This document shows, one piece after another, positions 17,790-28,825 of a stretch of 64,000 nucleotides of DNA. This DNA comes from Nitrospinaceae bacterium (GTDB lineage Bacteria > Nitrospinota > Nitrospinia > Nitrospinales > Nitrospinaceae), in the NCBI GenBank assembly GCA_965223665.1, contig OZ245011.1, forward strand, positions 2,368,001 through 2,432,000, given 5' to 3'. Every line of letters starts with the position of its first letter. Position 1 is the first letter of the stretch. The notes below the pieces were generated by a model. It was not told the origin of the DNA, did not search any database, and worked only from the letters and a program-made list of their open reading frames with translations. The position numbers were made by a program, and so were the translations under genes.

Positions 17790-19061
17790 ATGAATACTTT
17801 ACCTAAAATCACTCAAGAGAGCCATTTTCAAAATTTACCTCAAATGGAATACCGCCGTTTTGGAAAGACGAATGAAAATATATCCGTCTTAACTTTAGGA
17901 GGAATGCGATTTAAACATGGTTGGAATCCTCCGCGAAACCACCTTCCAAAAGATTCAATTGATAACTGTATAAATTCCACCCGTATTGCCTTGGATTTAG
18001 GAATCAACCATATTGAAACCGCTTATGGTTACGTAAAAAGCGAGCACTTATATGGAGTTACTTTGAAAGAATTAAAGGTCCCGAGAAATCAATTTAAAAT
18101 GATGACTAAGGGGGCCCCTATGACTGCTGATGAGACTAAGTCAATGGTTGAAGAACAATTAAACGCTTTACAATTGGATTACCTGGATTTTTATGGATGG
18201 CACGGTATTAACAATGAAGAACGATTAAACGCCGCTCTCAAAAAAGGAGGTCCAGTAGAGACTTTACTGCGCTTTAGAGAACAAGGGGTAATAAACCATG
18301 TGGGTTTTTCTTCTCACGCACCTTTGGATATATTGTTGAAAGCAATAAATTCTGATCTCTTTAGTTTCGTCAATCTCCATTTCTATTACTTTTTTCAAAG
18401 GAATTGGCCCGCTGTAGAACTCGCTGGCAAAAAAGATATGGGAATCCTAATAATTTCCCCGAATGACAAGGGAGGTCAATTATGGAATCCATCAAATTCA
18501 ATAAAAAATCTTTGCCACCCCATGACTCCAATTCAATTCAATGGACGGTTTTGTTTAAGCCACGCCCAAATCACGACCCTAACGTTAGGCATGCACCATC
18601 CAGAACATTTTTCTCAAAATATTTCCATTTTATCGGGAGAAAATTACCAAAATCCAGAATTCGATTCAATAAAGACAAAAATGGATTCTCCCTTAAAATC
18701 ATTGCCAAATTTCTGCACTTACTGCAGTGATTGCCTCCCTTGCTCCGAGGATATTAATATTCCTGAAATTCTAAGATTCCGAAATTTGTTAAACGGTTAT
18801 GACATGAGAGCTTTCGGAAAATACAGATACAACATGCTTGAAGGAAAAGACCATTGGTTCCCGGGTAATTTTGCTAATGCATGCACAGAGTGTGGAGATT
18901 GCCTACCTAAATGCCCTGAAAAACTTGATATTCCGAAACTTATAAAGGAAACCCATAAAAATTTATTTGATAAAAAAACCTATTGGAAGAATAAAATTCA
19001 ACTGTTTTTTTATGATATATATCAAAAACTTAGAAAACCATTTATAAAAAGAACAAATTAA
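17790..19061 (+). CDS. Aldo/keto reductase with C-terminal 4Fe-4S dicluster
   Basis: YRRFGKT..LTLGGMRF, GINHIETAYGY, CTYCSDCLPC and CTECGDCLPKCP. Confidence 0.9.
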   Translation: MNTLPKITQESHFQNLPQMEYRRFGKTNENISVLTLGGMRFKHGWNPPRNHLPKDSIDNCINSTRIALDLGINHIETAYGYVKSEHLYGVTLKELKVPRNQFKMMTKGAPMTADETKSMVEEQLNALQLDYLDFYGWHGINNEERLNAALKKGGPVETLLRFREQGVINHVGFSSHAPLDILLKAINSDLFSFVNLHFYYFFQRNWPAVELAGKKDMGILIISPNDKGGQLWNPSNSIKNLCHPMTPIQFNGRFCLSHAQITTLTLGMHHPEHFSQNISILSGENYQNPEFDSIKTKMDSPLKSLPNFCTYCSDCLPCSEDINIPEILRFRNLLNGYDMRAFGKYRYNMLEGKDHWFPGNFANACTECGDCLPKCPEKLDIPKLIKETHKNLFDKKTYWKNKIQLFFYDIYQKLRKPFIKRTN

Positions 19062-19356
19062 ATCATTGTTTTTTAATGTTTAATTTAAATGCGAAAATGA
19101 TTTGGTTTTCCCCGCCCAAATTATCCTCATAAACCTTATCGGATAAGTTATTTTTTTATATTGTTTATCCATAACAAAAGGAATTTTTCTTTTAAAAACT
19201 CCCCACCGAATTGACGCTTCAGGACACTTCCATTAAATTATATATACATATGCTTTCTAGGTAATTTTATTAGAAAAGATATTGGGAGAAACTGGCCAAC
19301 TTTAACTTCTAACACTTTACCCCTTAATATTTTTTGAATTTGGTTATTGAAATCTT

Positions 19357-20499
19357 ATGACCTTGGTATCTAAAACAGCTGCGCATCCCGAAGCCAGAAT
19401 CCTTATTGTGGATGATGAAAACGGGAACATTAAAGTTTTGGAAAGAATGCTGAGATCTGTGGGATATAAGAATATTGCGACCACCACAGATGGAAGAATT
19501 GCACCGGACCTTTATCAGACATTTAATCCAGACTTAATTCTTTTAGATATAAAAATGCCAAGGTTTAGTGGATTTGATGTAATTAACACCCTAAGAGAAA
19601 TCGAAAAAAATACCTACCTACCCATTCTTGTACTTACAGCCCAATACGATCACGAGGTAAGAATCCGTGCCTTAGAATCCGGAGCCAAAGACTTTGTCAG
19701 CAAGCCATTTGAGGCTTCCGAGATTTTAGCAAGGATCCATAATATTCTGGAAGTTCGTCTACTTCATAATTCAATAAAAGAAGAAAAAATACATTTGGAG
19801 GATAAAGTTCAAGAACGAACTAAAGAACTTCAAAAGTCTAGAATTGAAGTCATTCATCGTTTAGGACGTGCAGCAGAGTTCCGCGACAATGAAACGGGAA
19901 TGCATGTCGTGCGAATGAGTAAATACTCGGAAATGGTAGGGAGAAGCATTGGTCTTGATGATAAGACATGTAAGCTTATTCTAAATGCCAGTCCTATGCA
20001 CGACATAGGGAAAATAGGAATCCCAGATTATATACTTTTAAAGCCAGGTCCTTTAACTCCGGAAGAATGGACTATCATGAAATCTCATACTGAAATTGGT
20101 GCCCTTCTTCTATCGGGAAGCGATTCAGATATCCTGCAATTGGCGGAAGTAATAGCTCTTAGTCATCACGAAAAATGGGACGGGACTGGATACCCTCGAG
20201 GTCTAAAAGGAGAAGAAATTCCTTTAGAAGCGCGAATCGTAACTATGTGCGATATATTCGACGCTCTTACAAGTGAACGACCCTACAAAAAATCCTGGCC
20301 GGTTGAGGATGCCATTAATGAGTTAATTAATATCAAAGGGAAAATTTTAGATCCCAATTTAGTGGATTGCTTTGTGGATAAAATTTCCCAAATAGTTGAA
20401 ATCAGCTTAAAGTTTTCTGACTCCGAAGAAGAGCTCGCAGAATTACAAGAGTTTGCCAAAAAGCATGCGTTGAGCCTTAAAGTTCAAAAACTCTCCTAA
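19357..20499 (+). CDS. Response regulator with HD-GYP cyclic-di-GMP phosphodiesterase domain (RpfG-like)
   Basis: REC (ILIVDD, LLDIKMP, KPF). HDIGK, HHEKWDGTGYP, DIFDALTSERPYK. Confidence 0.93.
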   Translation: MTLVSKTAAHPEARILIVDDENGNIKVLERMLRSVGYKNIATTTDGRIAPDLYQTFNPDLILLDIKMPRFSGFDVINTLREIEKNTYLPILVLTAQYDHEVRIRALESGAKDFVSKPFEASEILARIHNILEVRLLHNSIKEEKIHLEDKVQERTKELQKSRIEVIHRLGRAAEFRDNETGMHVVRMSKYSEMVGRSIGLDDKTCKLILNASPMHDIGKIGIPDYILLKPGPLTPEEWTIMKSHTEIGALLLSGSDSDILQLAEVIALSHHEKWDGTGYPRGLKGEEIPLEARIVTMCDIFDALTSERPYKKSWPVEDAINELINIKGKILDPNLVDCFVDKISQIVEISLKFSDSEEELAELQEFAKKHALSLKVQKLS

Positions 20500-20537
20500 C
20501 TTTCATTTTCAAATTTGCTTAAATAAAATCTTTAAAT

Positions 20538-23500
20538 TTATGAATCTTGTTCCTGTAACTGATTCTGGCATTGGTCAAACCATAACTGGGCATTTTGATA
20601 AGTGTCATCTTTATTTAAAATTGTTTTTAAATAATTTACCGCCTTACCACATTGCAGTGTTTGTATATACATTTCCGCCATGATGTATAGAAAGCGTAAA
20701 TCTTCAGGTTCAACCCTTTCGTAACGCACTCCATAGCTTATTACTTTATGTGGCTCTCCCAATCCTCTATAACTAAACACAGCACTTTGTAGAGCTTGCT
20801 TATTATTAGGTTCTTTTTCCAAGATTTTCAAAGAATACTGAAGAGATTTACGGAATTCATTTTTCACGTTATAAAATTGAGCTGTTGCATTCAATAAATT
20901 CAAATCATCAGGATCTTTTTCTAAATTCGTCAATAACTCAATCAACCCCATCTGCTGCATTACAGAGCGGAGTTGTCGAGGATCTTTTTTAACTACCTCC
21001 TCTAAAGTTTTCTTTGCTTCCTTTAAATTCCCTAATTCTAAAAAATCATATCCTAAATATAGATTTGCAAAACTATTTCCAGGGTCCTTTTTTAAAACTT
21101 TTTGAAGATACTCTATACTTTTTTCATATTCCCCAATTTGATAAAAGACATGGCCTAAATTTAACAGGGTTTCAACATTATTGGGGTTTTCCTTCAAAGC
21201 TCCTAACAAGTTTTTTACCTGATTTTTTCCAGCTTGAAGGTGATAACGAAACAATTCATCGTTCTCTACCTCAGTAATAGCTTCCAATAGCAAACCACGG
21301 TTTGCGTACATTACCCCCCGTTGGTAATTATTCATGACATTGAAATGTTTTTTAAACAGCTCCCAGTCATCAAACTCCACATTTTTAAAACGCTTCCAAA
21401 TATCCTGAGCAGGAGTTCTATTGAATACCAAGCGTTCCAATCCTGGAACTTCAATCACATTTGGATAATTTAAATAAAACTCAATTCGTGGTTGGTTATC
21501 TGAAATCATATAGCTACGGGAAGATATTTTTTTCATTTCATCTTCAAAAAACCATATGTTGCTTAAAAAGGAGTAAACATTCGAAATATGAATATCTTCA
21601 AGGGCTTGTTTAATTAATGGTTCTGACAATCGCTCTTTAAGTTTCTTTAAATCAATTTCAATCGGCTGATCGGATCCAATCAATAAAATTTCATTCGCAA
21701 CGGACATCCAAGCAATAGCATGAGGAAAAACCTGCAAAAATGTTTTAAAATGCATGTCCACTTCTTCGGCACTTTGACTGTGTAAAGGAACCCATTGGGC
21801 GATGATCCCACCCGGCTTGAGACGCTTTGCCGCCTGTTTATAAAAATCCAGTGTGTACAAATTAACCGTAAAAGCGGTTCGAGGCGGTGGAGGTTCTCCG
21901 GTGATCACATCATATTTCTTTTCGGTAGTGAGTAAATGGTTGCGCCCATCCTGGAGAATAATATTTACTTTCGGATTATTAATAGCGTCATGATTTTCCT
22001 CTTTAAATGCAGGGGCCGCATGAATAACACTTGGAGACAAATCCAAACTATCCACTTGCTGAACCCTGGGGTGGATGCCAGCGGCTCCGGTAGTTTGTCC
22101 TGTCCCAAAACAAATCACTAATACCTGCTCTGGATTGTCAGAAAGCAAAATAGGAACGTGGGCAAATAATTTCATATACCGGGTAGCAATCACATTTGAG
22201 GCAGACATTGAAATTCCGTTGGTTATAAGCCTTTTTGCCTCTGGATCCAAAATGCCATAATTATCTTTAAAAACAGCAACCGTGTCGGTTAATCCCTCTT
22301 CAAAATAAACCAATTTTTTTAAATCTCTTTTCCCTGCACTATCTCGCATAAAAAAAGGTTTTAATAAATCTCCGGGAAGCGCAATGTTTAGTAACAACAC
22401 TAACCCAGTCGCACCTGAAAAAACTCCTAAATTACCCGAAAAAATTGATTCTCCACTTTTTTTAAGAATAAAAGGAATTAAAAATAAGTTCATCGAGGCT
22501 ATTAATATCAAACTTCTTTCAGTTCCAAAGACCGGCAACAATATAAATCCTGCAATTAAAGAACCTAATATTGCTCCTAAGGTATTTACCGAATAAATAG
22601 CCCCTGTTCCTCCACCTATATGTTCCGGATCTTCTGAGGTCAATTTAATAAGAATCGGGAAATTCATTCCAAACAAAATGGTTGGGAAAAGCATTAAGGA
22701 AGACGAATCTTTGAAATAGCGCCAAATAGTTTCTGCAGGTTTTTGTAAATTGTAACTGTTCCAGGGTGAAGACAATAAAAATTCCATGGAATACAAAGAA
22801 AAAAGAATATAGGCACAAATTCCCGCCTGCAGGATCCACAATATTTTTTTTAAATCTTTAAAACGCGCTATAAGGGGGACCGACAAAATGCTACCAATAC
22901 AAATCCCAAGCAAAAATACCGCTAACATCATACTGAAGGAATAAACCGTACTTGCGATACTGAATACTAACAGTCGCGTCCACAGAACCTCATAAGCTAG
23001 AGCGGTAAAACCACAAATAAAACTCACCGCTATAAAAATATTTTTTTCAGAATCTAATTTCCATCCCGGCCATTTAGGCACTGGCAATCGCAAAGGAAAT
23101 TTTTTTTCCGGATTTTCTTCCTGAACGATTCTTATACAACCTATTCCTATAATTAAATTGGCAGCAGATGCATACAAAGCCGTTTGTAAAACTCCAAAAG
23201 TGGATATAAAGAAATATCCCGTTAAAAGACACCCGATGGAAGCTCCTAGTGTATTCAGAAAATACAAAATCCCGATTTGGTCATTCAATTGGCTGTTTTC
23301 TGTGACGTAATATTTGCTTATTATGGGAAGGGTTGCACCCATTAGTGTTGTGGGGATAACCATTAATAAGAACGCCATCAGGGCTTTAAACAAGCTTAAT
23401 AAAATGGCTGACTCTGGAAGAAAACCATGAGCCCAGGAATAAATAACGTGAAACTTGAATAATACCAATGATATCAATGCACTACTTACAAAAATCAATA

Positions 23501-23743
23501 TTTCCACCATTCCATATATTAATAATGGAGGATTCCTTTTTTCATTAGCTACTCGATCAATCGAGTGTCCCAAATATAGCTACCCAGACCTAAACCGGCC
23601 ATAAATGCAGCTAATACAATAGATACTGAGTACACAGTATGCCCAAATACCAAAGTCAACATACGTGTCCAAATAATCTCGTAAATTAGAGCTGTAATTC
23701 CTGAAACAAAGAAAAATGCGTAAACTAAGGGAGATCGCCTCAT
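20538..23743 (-). pseudogene. Membrane-fused spermidine synthase-like protein with TPRs, split by a 1-nt frameshift at about 23570 (probably sequencing error)
   Basis: N-terminal ORF 23549-23743 (SGITALIYEIIWTR...GLGLGSYIW) continues as GHSIDR in the other frame. GTGQT, DGRNHL, YDVITGEPPPP and QWVP motifs, then TPRs. Confidence 0.8.
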
Positions 23744-23872
23744 AATATAAATTTTCTTCTAAATCGCAGTTAAATCATTTGACAGAGTAGTTTGCAGGTA
23801 AGATATAATAATTTTAAATTAAGAACCAATAAAAAACTGGGTTCAGTTGAACCCAGGAAAAAAGGTAAAACA

Positions 23873-24724
23873 ATGGCTGAGGATTATACCGCACAAGAAA
23901 AAGAAATTGCTGCATCAGATAGAATTAATCACCCCTATGCAGATGAAAATGGGGTCGAATGGACTGTGGAAGCATGGGAAAGAGTAAAACATGCTCCTGA
24001 ATTTGTCCGCCCCGGAATTCGGAAACTAATGGTACAACGTGCCGTGCGCCGAGGGTTTAAGTACGTTACTTCCGATTTTCTGACAGAAATTCGTAACGAA
24101 TCTATGATGCTCGTTTCGAAGCGCGTTAAGCAATTTGGCTTTGAAGAACTGTCCATGGGCGCTTTTGATGTTGCTAAACAAAAAATGTCTGAGAGTCCAA
24201 GGAAATTAGAAGTGATTGACGAAATTCAAGACTTCCTGGCTATGCGAACGGAAAAAAAGGAAGACATCGTAGATAAATTCAAATCTTATATGGACTCTGC
24301 CCCGACAATGGGGATGCCTTGGACTAAAGAAGCCTTGGAAAAAATGGAAAAGGTTCCACCATTCGTTTTGGGGATGGCCAAGCAAACCATTGAAGCCAGA
24401 GCACGGCAGCGGGGTGACAAAATGGTGACTCCTGGAATTATTGAAGAAGTGTTTACCAATATCATGCCAGCTTCGGCTAAGGAAGCCATGGGAATGGAAG
24501 TTTCAGAAGAAGACAAACAGCGGGATGTCGATTATGAAGCACAACAAGGAGATGAACCCACTTTTGAATTGAATTGGCACACGGAAGCAAAGGCTAAGGT
24601 CATGCGAATTCCTATTCCTTTTATTAGAGATATGGCTGTAAAAAGAATTGAAGCTGAAGTTAAAAAGGAAAATGTCACTGAAGTCACGGGTGACCTTTTC
24701 GACAAATATCGATTTACATTCTAG
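23873..24724 (+). CDS. Protein with three PCP_red-like (protochlorophyllide reductase C-terminal) domains
   Basis: Three W-T/H-x-EA...P-x-F-V/I...A...VT repeats. ATG 23873 preferred over the upstream TTG. Confidence 0.75.
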   Translation: MAEDYTAQEKEIAASDRINHPYADENGVEWTVEAWERVKHAPEFVRPGIRKLMVQRAVRRGFKYVTSDFLTEIRNESMMLVSKRVKQFGFEELSMGAFDVAKQKMSESPRKLEVIDEIQDFLAMRTEKKEDIVDKFKSYMDSAPTMGMPWTKEALEKMEKVPPFVLGMAKQTIEARARQRGDKMVTPGIIEEVFTNIMPASAKEAMGMEVSEEDKQRDVDYEAQQGDEPTFELNWHTEAKAKVMRIPIPFIRDMAVKRIEAEVKKENVTEVTGDLFDKYRFTF

Positions 24725-24759
24725 ACCGGATTATTTTTTTAACTGTGGAGGGCATTAAG

Positions 24760-24879
24760 ATGGCACAAACTATTCAATGGAATTGGTCCACTTTATTATT
24801 CATTATCGCGCCTAGGCTTTGGATCACATGGAAAAGTTTTTACGCTATACCTGCTTTAGCAAAAAAAATGAAAAAATAA
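24760..24879 (+). CDS. 39-aa small hydrophobic protein, not in ORF track
   Basis: GGAGG RBS 8 nt before ATG. Translation MAQTIQWNWSTLLFIIAPRLWITWKSFYAIPALAKKMKK. Confidence 0.5.
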   Translation: MAQTIQWNWSTLLFIIAPRLWITWKSFYAIPALAKKMKK

Positions 24880-24921
24880 GATCCCAATTGAATTTGGGGT
24901 TATCATTTAAAAAAGAAAATT

Positions 24922-26778
24922 TTAAACGATTTGCTCGCCTACCTTAATTACTTTCTTGGCCAGGCGAGTATAGTCCCCTCCTTTAACCACTAGAAATAAA
25001 TCAGCATTCAATTTGATGTGCTCTACCACTTCTTCCATTATTTTATCCCAACTGAAACTCCATCCTTTGATTTTAAAGGCAACAATATAGACGGGTTGAT
25101 CCGGAAAATGCTTTACCACCTTCTCTGCTATCCAGGCTGATTTTAATTTCGGATACATCTCCAGTTTTTCTATTAATTCCTTTTTTAAATCCTCCGGTAT
25201 TGAAGACTTTTTATATTCATCCTTTGGAGTGCACTCTAATCTTTCCTCATCGGCAGCCTGATTTATTTCCATGGCTTTTACAGCTCGATCATACCAAACT
25301 TTGGCTTCATCTTCTCTTTGTGCGTCCTTCAAAAAGCAGTACGCAATCTCACAGGCCTGCACTTTAATGGATGCATCTTTTGTTGCTTCGGAAAGGTATT
25401 TCAAACCAGCTTCATCTTTCTTTTCGACCAAAATATCGCCAATAACGTAGTTCACAGCTACATCCTGAGGGTGTCTTTGATAATACTCCTGAAAAAGAGG
25501 CAACGGGTCTTTCTCCTGCTTAAATTCCCGGGTGAGACGAGCTTTTTCCCAAAGTTCATCATCGGAAAGAGAAGCATTTTCTCTCTCTTCTAATTCACAA
25601 AGTTTTTTATTACTTTCCAGGACGTGTTCATAACGCTCTCTCCACCGCTCTTCATTCATCTCCTTCCAATCTGAATCAAATTCCTGCAAAATCTTTTGGT
25701 AATTTTTTCCTAGCCAGACTTGTGCAGCCGACTGATCAAAGGTCTTAAATGAAATTTTCTTTTCACCCATTGCCTTTAGACGATCAACGAGCGCAGGATG
25801 TGTATTATGATAAGCGGTTTTTTGCTTGAGTTCTTTTTGAAGACTCTTTTTAATCTCTTCCTTAGCCTGGGAATTATTGACTAAAAACTGGGAGAGTCCT
25901 TCATAGGGTGGGCCTTCAGGTTGTGGGGCAACATCGGCTTTTTTAAAAAACTTATCCCAATAATGCTCTTCCACATAGGGCGCGGCTACATAAACATTAA
26001 CTAAAGCTCTACTGGCAGTAGCAGGTGAAGTGAGTTCAGCAGAAATAGCATCCGCCTCATATTCATTATTTCGCGCTAAGGCAAAGGAATACGCAGAAAA
26101 TCGTGGGACATACCAATTAAAAAATTTTCTTAAAATTCCCGGGCCAAACCCATCAGCATGACCAAACGCATCCATGACTTTTTGCCAGGTAATTCTAACT
26201 CTGTAAATCCATCCTGCAAAGCGACTGTGATTTTTTGATAAGTGACCAAACTCATGAGCTAAAACGGCTCTCATTTCTTCAGGAGAAAGTATAAGAAGAA
26301 GCTCTAAACCTAAGGTGAGTGTATTGTATTGCCAACCAAATATTCCCAGCCGGGGAGTTTGAACCACCGAAGCATTTAAATCGTAATTAAGTAAAACTTG
26401 GTGAATAGGCAAGGCATCCAGTTTCTCTTTTAGTAGGTCAATTTCTTTATAAAGCTCGGGAAACTCTTCTCGTTTTAGTTCATATCCAGTGGGTTTTTCA
26501 AACTTTACCCACAATGCCTTTACTAATACCCAGGCTAAAACGCACAATGGAATAATTAATTTCTTTTTTAACAAAAGAACTGCAAAGGTAGTGCTTAAAA
26601 AAGCAAACCATACTGATCCTCCAATTAAGGCAACCACTGCAAACAGTATTAAGAATATTGCCACATATCCCAACAATGCAAAAAGCAAAACCTTATTGTG
26701 GTAAGAATTCTTATTCTCCTTCACTTCCTTTTCAGCCTGCTTAACGCGTTCGATAAATTGCTCTTCTGTCATTACCAC
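24922..26778 (-). CDS. M48 family membrane zinc metallopeptidase
   Basis: N-terminal TMs, NASV, AVLAHEFGH, EYEAD, THP..VDRL. Confidence 0.88.
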   Translation of the reverse strand: MVMTEEQFIERVKQAEKEVKENKNSYHNKVLLFALLGYVAIFLILFAVVALIGGSVWFAFLSTTFAVLLLKKKLIIPLCVLAWVLVKALWVKFEKPTGYELKREEFPELYKEIDLLKEKLDALPIHQVLLNYDLNASVVQTPRLGIFGWQYNTLTLGLELLLILSPEEMRAVLAHEFGHLSKNHSRFAGWIYRVRITWQKVMDAFGHADGFGPGILRKFFNWYVPRFSAYSFALARNNEYEADAISAELTSPATASRALVNVYVAAPYVEEHYWDKFFKKADVAPQPEGPPYEGLSQFLVNNSQAKEEIKKSLQKELKQKTAYHNTHPALVDRLKAMGEKKISFKTFDQSAAQVWLGKNYQKILQEFDSDWKEMNEERWRERYEHVLESNKKLCELEERENASLSDDELWEKARLTREFKQEKDPLPLFQEYYQRHPQDVAVNYVIGDILVEKKDEAGLKYLSEATKDASIKVQACEIAYCFLKDAQREDEAKVWYDRAVKAMEINQAADEERLECTPKDEYKKSSIPEDLKKELIEKLEMYPKLKSAWIAEKVVKHFPDQPVYIVAFKIKGWSFSWDKIMEEVVEHIKLNADLFLVVKGGDYTRLAKKVIKVGEQIV

Positions 26779-26995
26779 AATTAAACCACTCCATTATCTA
26801 AGTCGATAGTTTTTAATAAAAAGTTTCTACGGAAATCGCCCTAATAAAATAATTTAAATGTTAACTGAGATATAGTAAATGGAAAATTAAAACTGATTGA
26901 ATTACCAAAAGTTAAAATTCACCCTTACTTAAAATTAGAAAGTTTTGATTAAGTAATTTAAAAAGATAAAAGGAAGGAAAGCTTTTTAATTAAAC

Positions 26996-27751
26996 TTATA
27001 ATCCTGTTGGGTAATCCAGGAATTCTGTACTGAGGTCGAATTTTTGTTCAAGATGTTTTCCAATGGCTTGGACCCCACCGGTTTCAGTCGCATAATGTCC
27101 AGCAAAAATCAGAGCACAATTTCCTTCAACTGCATCATGAAATTGATGATTTGCCCCTTCACCAGTTATATAACAATCTAATCCTTGCGCTACCGCTTGT
27201 TGAATAATTTCTCCTGCCCCTCCAGTAACCACCCCAACAGTCTCCACTTTTTTTTCACCGATAACTTTTACGGAAGCCCCCAATTGATCCTGCAGAAGTT
27301 TACCTAAAGCCTGAGAAGATTGAGGATGGACTCTACCCTTTAATCCGATTAATTGTCCCTCATATTCCCCAAAGGGCTCCATGTTTTCCAGCCCAATTTT
27401 TTCCGCTAAAGCCCTATTGTTTCCTAAAACCGGGTGCACATCAAGTGGAAGGTGAGCAGAATATAACCCCAGATTGCCGCGAATCATTGCTCCTAATTTA
27501 TTGTAATAAGAACCCCTTACCGTCTGGAGTCCTCCCCAGAATAACCCATGGTGAACAAACATCATTTGGCATTTTTTTTCAATTGCCATTTCAATGGTAG
27601 CAAGGCAAGTATCTACCGCCAATCCTACTTTTTTTATCTCACCGGTGTTTTCCACCTGCAATCCGTTTAGTGCACGGGAAGAATCTTTGATATTATGAAT
27701 ATCCAATAACTGATCAAGGTATTGGCTGAGTTGTAATATATTTATAACCAT
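26996..27751 (-). CDS. Nif3-like dinuclear metal center protein (YbgI family)
   Basis: NGLQVE, VHHGLFW, HLPLDVHP..GNN, ITGE, AGHYATE. Confidence 0.93.
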   Translation of the reverse strand: MVINILQLSQYLDQLLDIHNIKDSSRALNGLQVENTGEIKKVGLAVDTCLATIEMAIEKKCQMMFVHHGLFWGGLQTVRGSYYNKLGAMIRGNLGLYSAHLPLDVHPVLGNNRALAEKIGLENMEPFGEYEGQLIGLKGRVHPQSSQALGKLLQDQLGASVKVIGEKKVETVGVVTGGAGEIIQQAVAQGLDCYITGEGANHQFHDAVEGNCALIFAGHYATETGGVQAIGKHLEQKFDLSTEFLDYPTGL

Positions 27752-27853
27752 TTTTATAAAATTGGATTTCCAATTGTTAAAATTATTTGAGTTTAAATTT
27801 TATACCAATTTTCAAATACTTCCTATTCCGAGTTTTAATATAATTGCAAATTT

Positions 27854-28816
27854 ATGATCGCCTTTATTATTAGAAATATTGGGCAGCGTATTGTCTTACT
27901 AGTATTTATTTCGATTATTGCTCACACCATGGTGCATATTGCCCCTGGAGAACCCAGCTTAGTAGATCCTGCCAATCCACGAATGAAACCTGAGGATATT
28001 CAACGGATTCGGAATGCATTTCATTTGGATGATCCTCTTCATATGCAATACATTTACTGGGTTCGGGATCTAATCTCAGGTGATTTAAAAGCTTTTAAAG
28101 ATGGGCAACCGGTTTTAGCAAAAATTTGGGATCGATTTTTAAACTCCTTACCGCTATTTCTTTTAGGAACTCTTATTACTTGGTGCATTGCATTTCCCAT
28201 GGGAGTTCAATCAGCTCTCCGGAGAGGAAGTTTTTTTGACCGCTCCAGTACTTTTATTTCATATGCTTTAATATCTATTCCAGGTTTTTTTCTTTCTTAT
28301 ATCTGCATTATTTTTATTGTAAAAACTTTTGATATTCCAGTTATAGGAATGAAAACATTTGGTTTGGAAAATGCTTCCACATTTATTCAGTCTATGGATC
28401 GAATATGGCACCTCACAATTCCAGCCTTAATGACTGCCATTACCGGAGTTGCAATTCTTTCTCGATATGTTCGATCACAAATGTTAGAGGTCATCCAACA
28501 AGATTACATTAGAACCGCAAGAGCAAAAGGATTAACAGAAAATGAAGTTATTTATAAGCATGGGTTACGAAATGCCCTTTTGCCATTTATCACTATGTTT
28601 GGTTTGATGATCCCTGGTTTGATCGGTGGATCCGTAATATTTGAGACTATCTTTGCCTGGCCAGGTATGGGACGTTTAGCTTATGAAGCAATATTAGCAC
28701 GTGATTTTCCAGTGATTTTAACACTGAACCTTTTTTCCGCAATTTTAACCTTATTAGGAACTCTTGTTTCTGACGTATTATACGCCGCAGCTGATCCTAG
28801 AATTAAGTACTCTTAA
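27854..28816 (+). CDS. Peptide/nickel ABC transporter permease (OppB/DppB-like)
   Basis: APGEP, EAA-loop DYIRTARAKGL, ETIFAWPGMG, DPRI. Confidence 0.93.
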   Translation: MIAFIIRNIGQRIVLLVFISIIAHTMVHIAPGEPSLVDPANPRMKPEDIQRIRNAFHLDDPLHMQYIYWVRDLISGDLKAFKDGQPVLAKIWDRFLNSLPLFLLGTLITWCIAFPMGVQSALRRGSFFDRSSTFISYALISIPGFFLSYICIIFIVKTFDIPVIGMKTFGLENASTFIQSMDRIWHLTIPALMTAITGVAILSRYVRSQMLEVIQQDYIRTARAKGLTENEVIYKHGLRNALLPFITMFGLMIPGLIGGSVIFETIFAWPGMGRLAYEAILARDFPVILTLNLFSAILTLLGTLVSDVLYAAADPRIKYS

Positions 28817-28825
28817 AAAAGTTTT

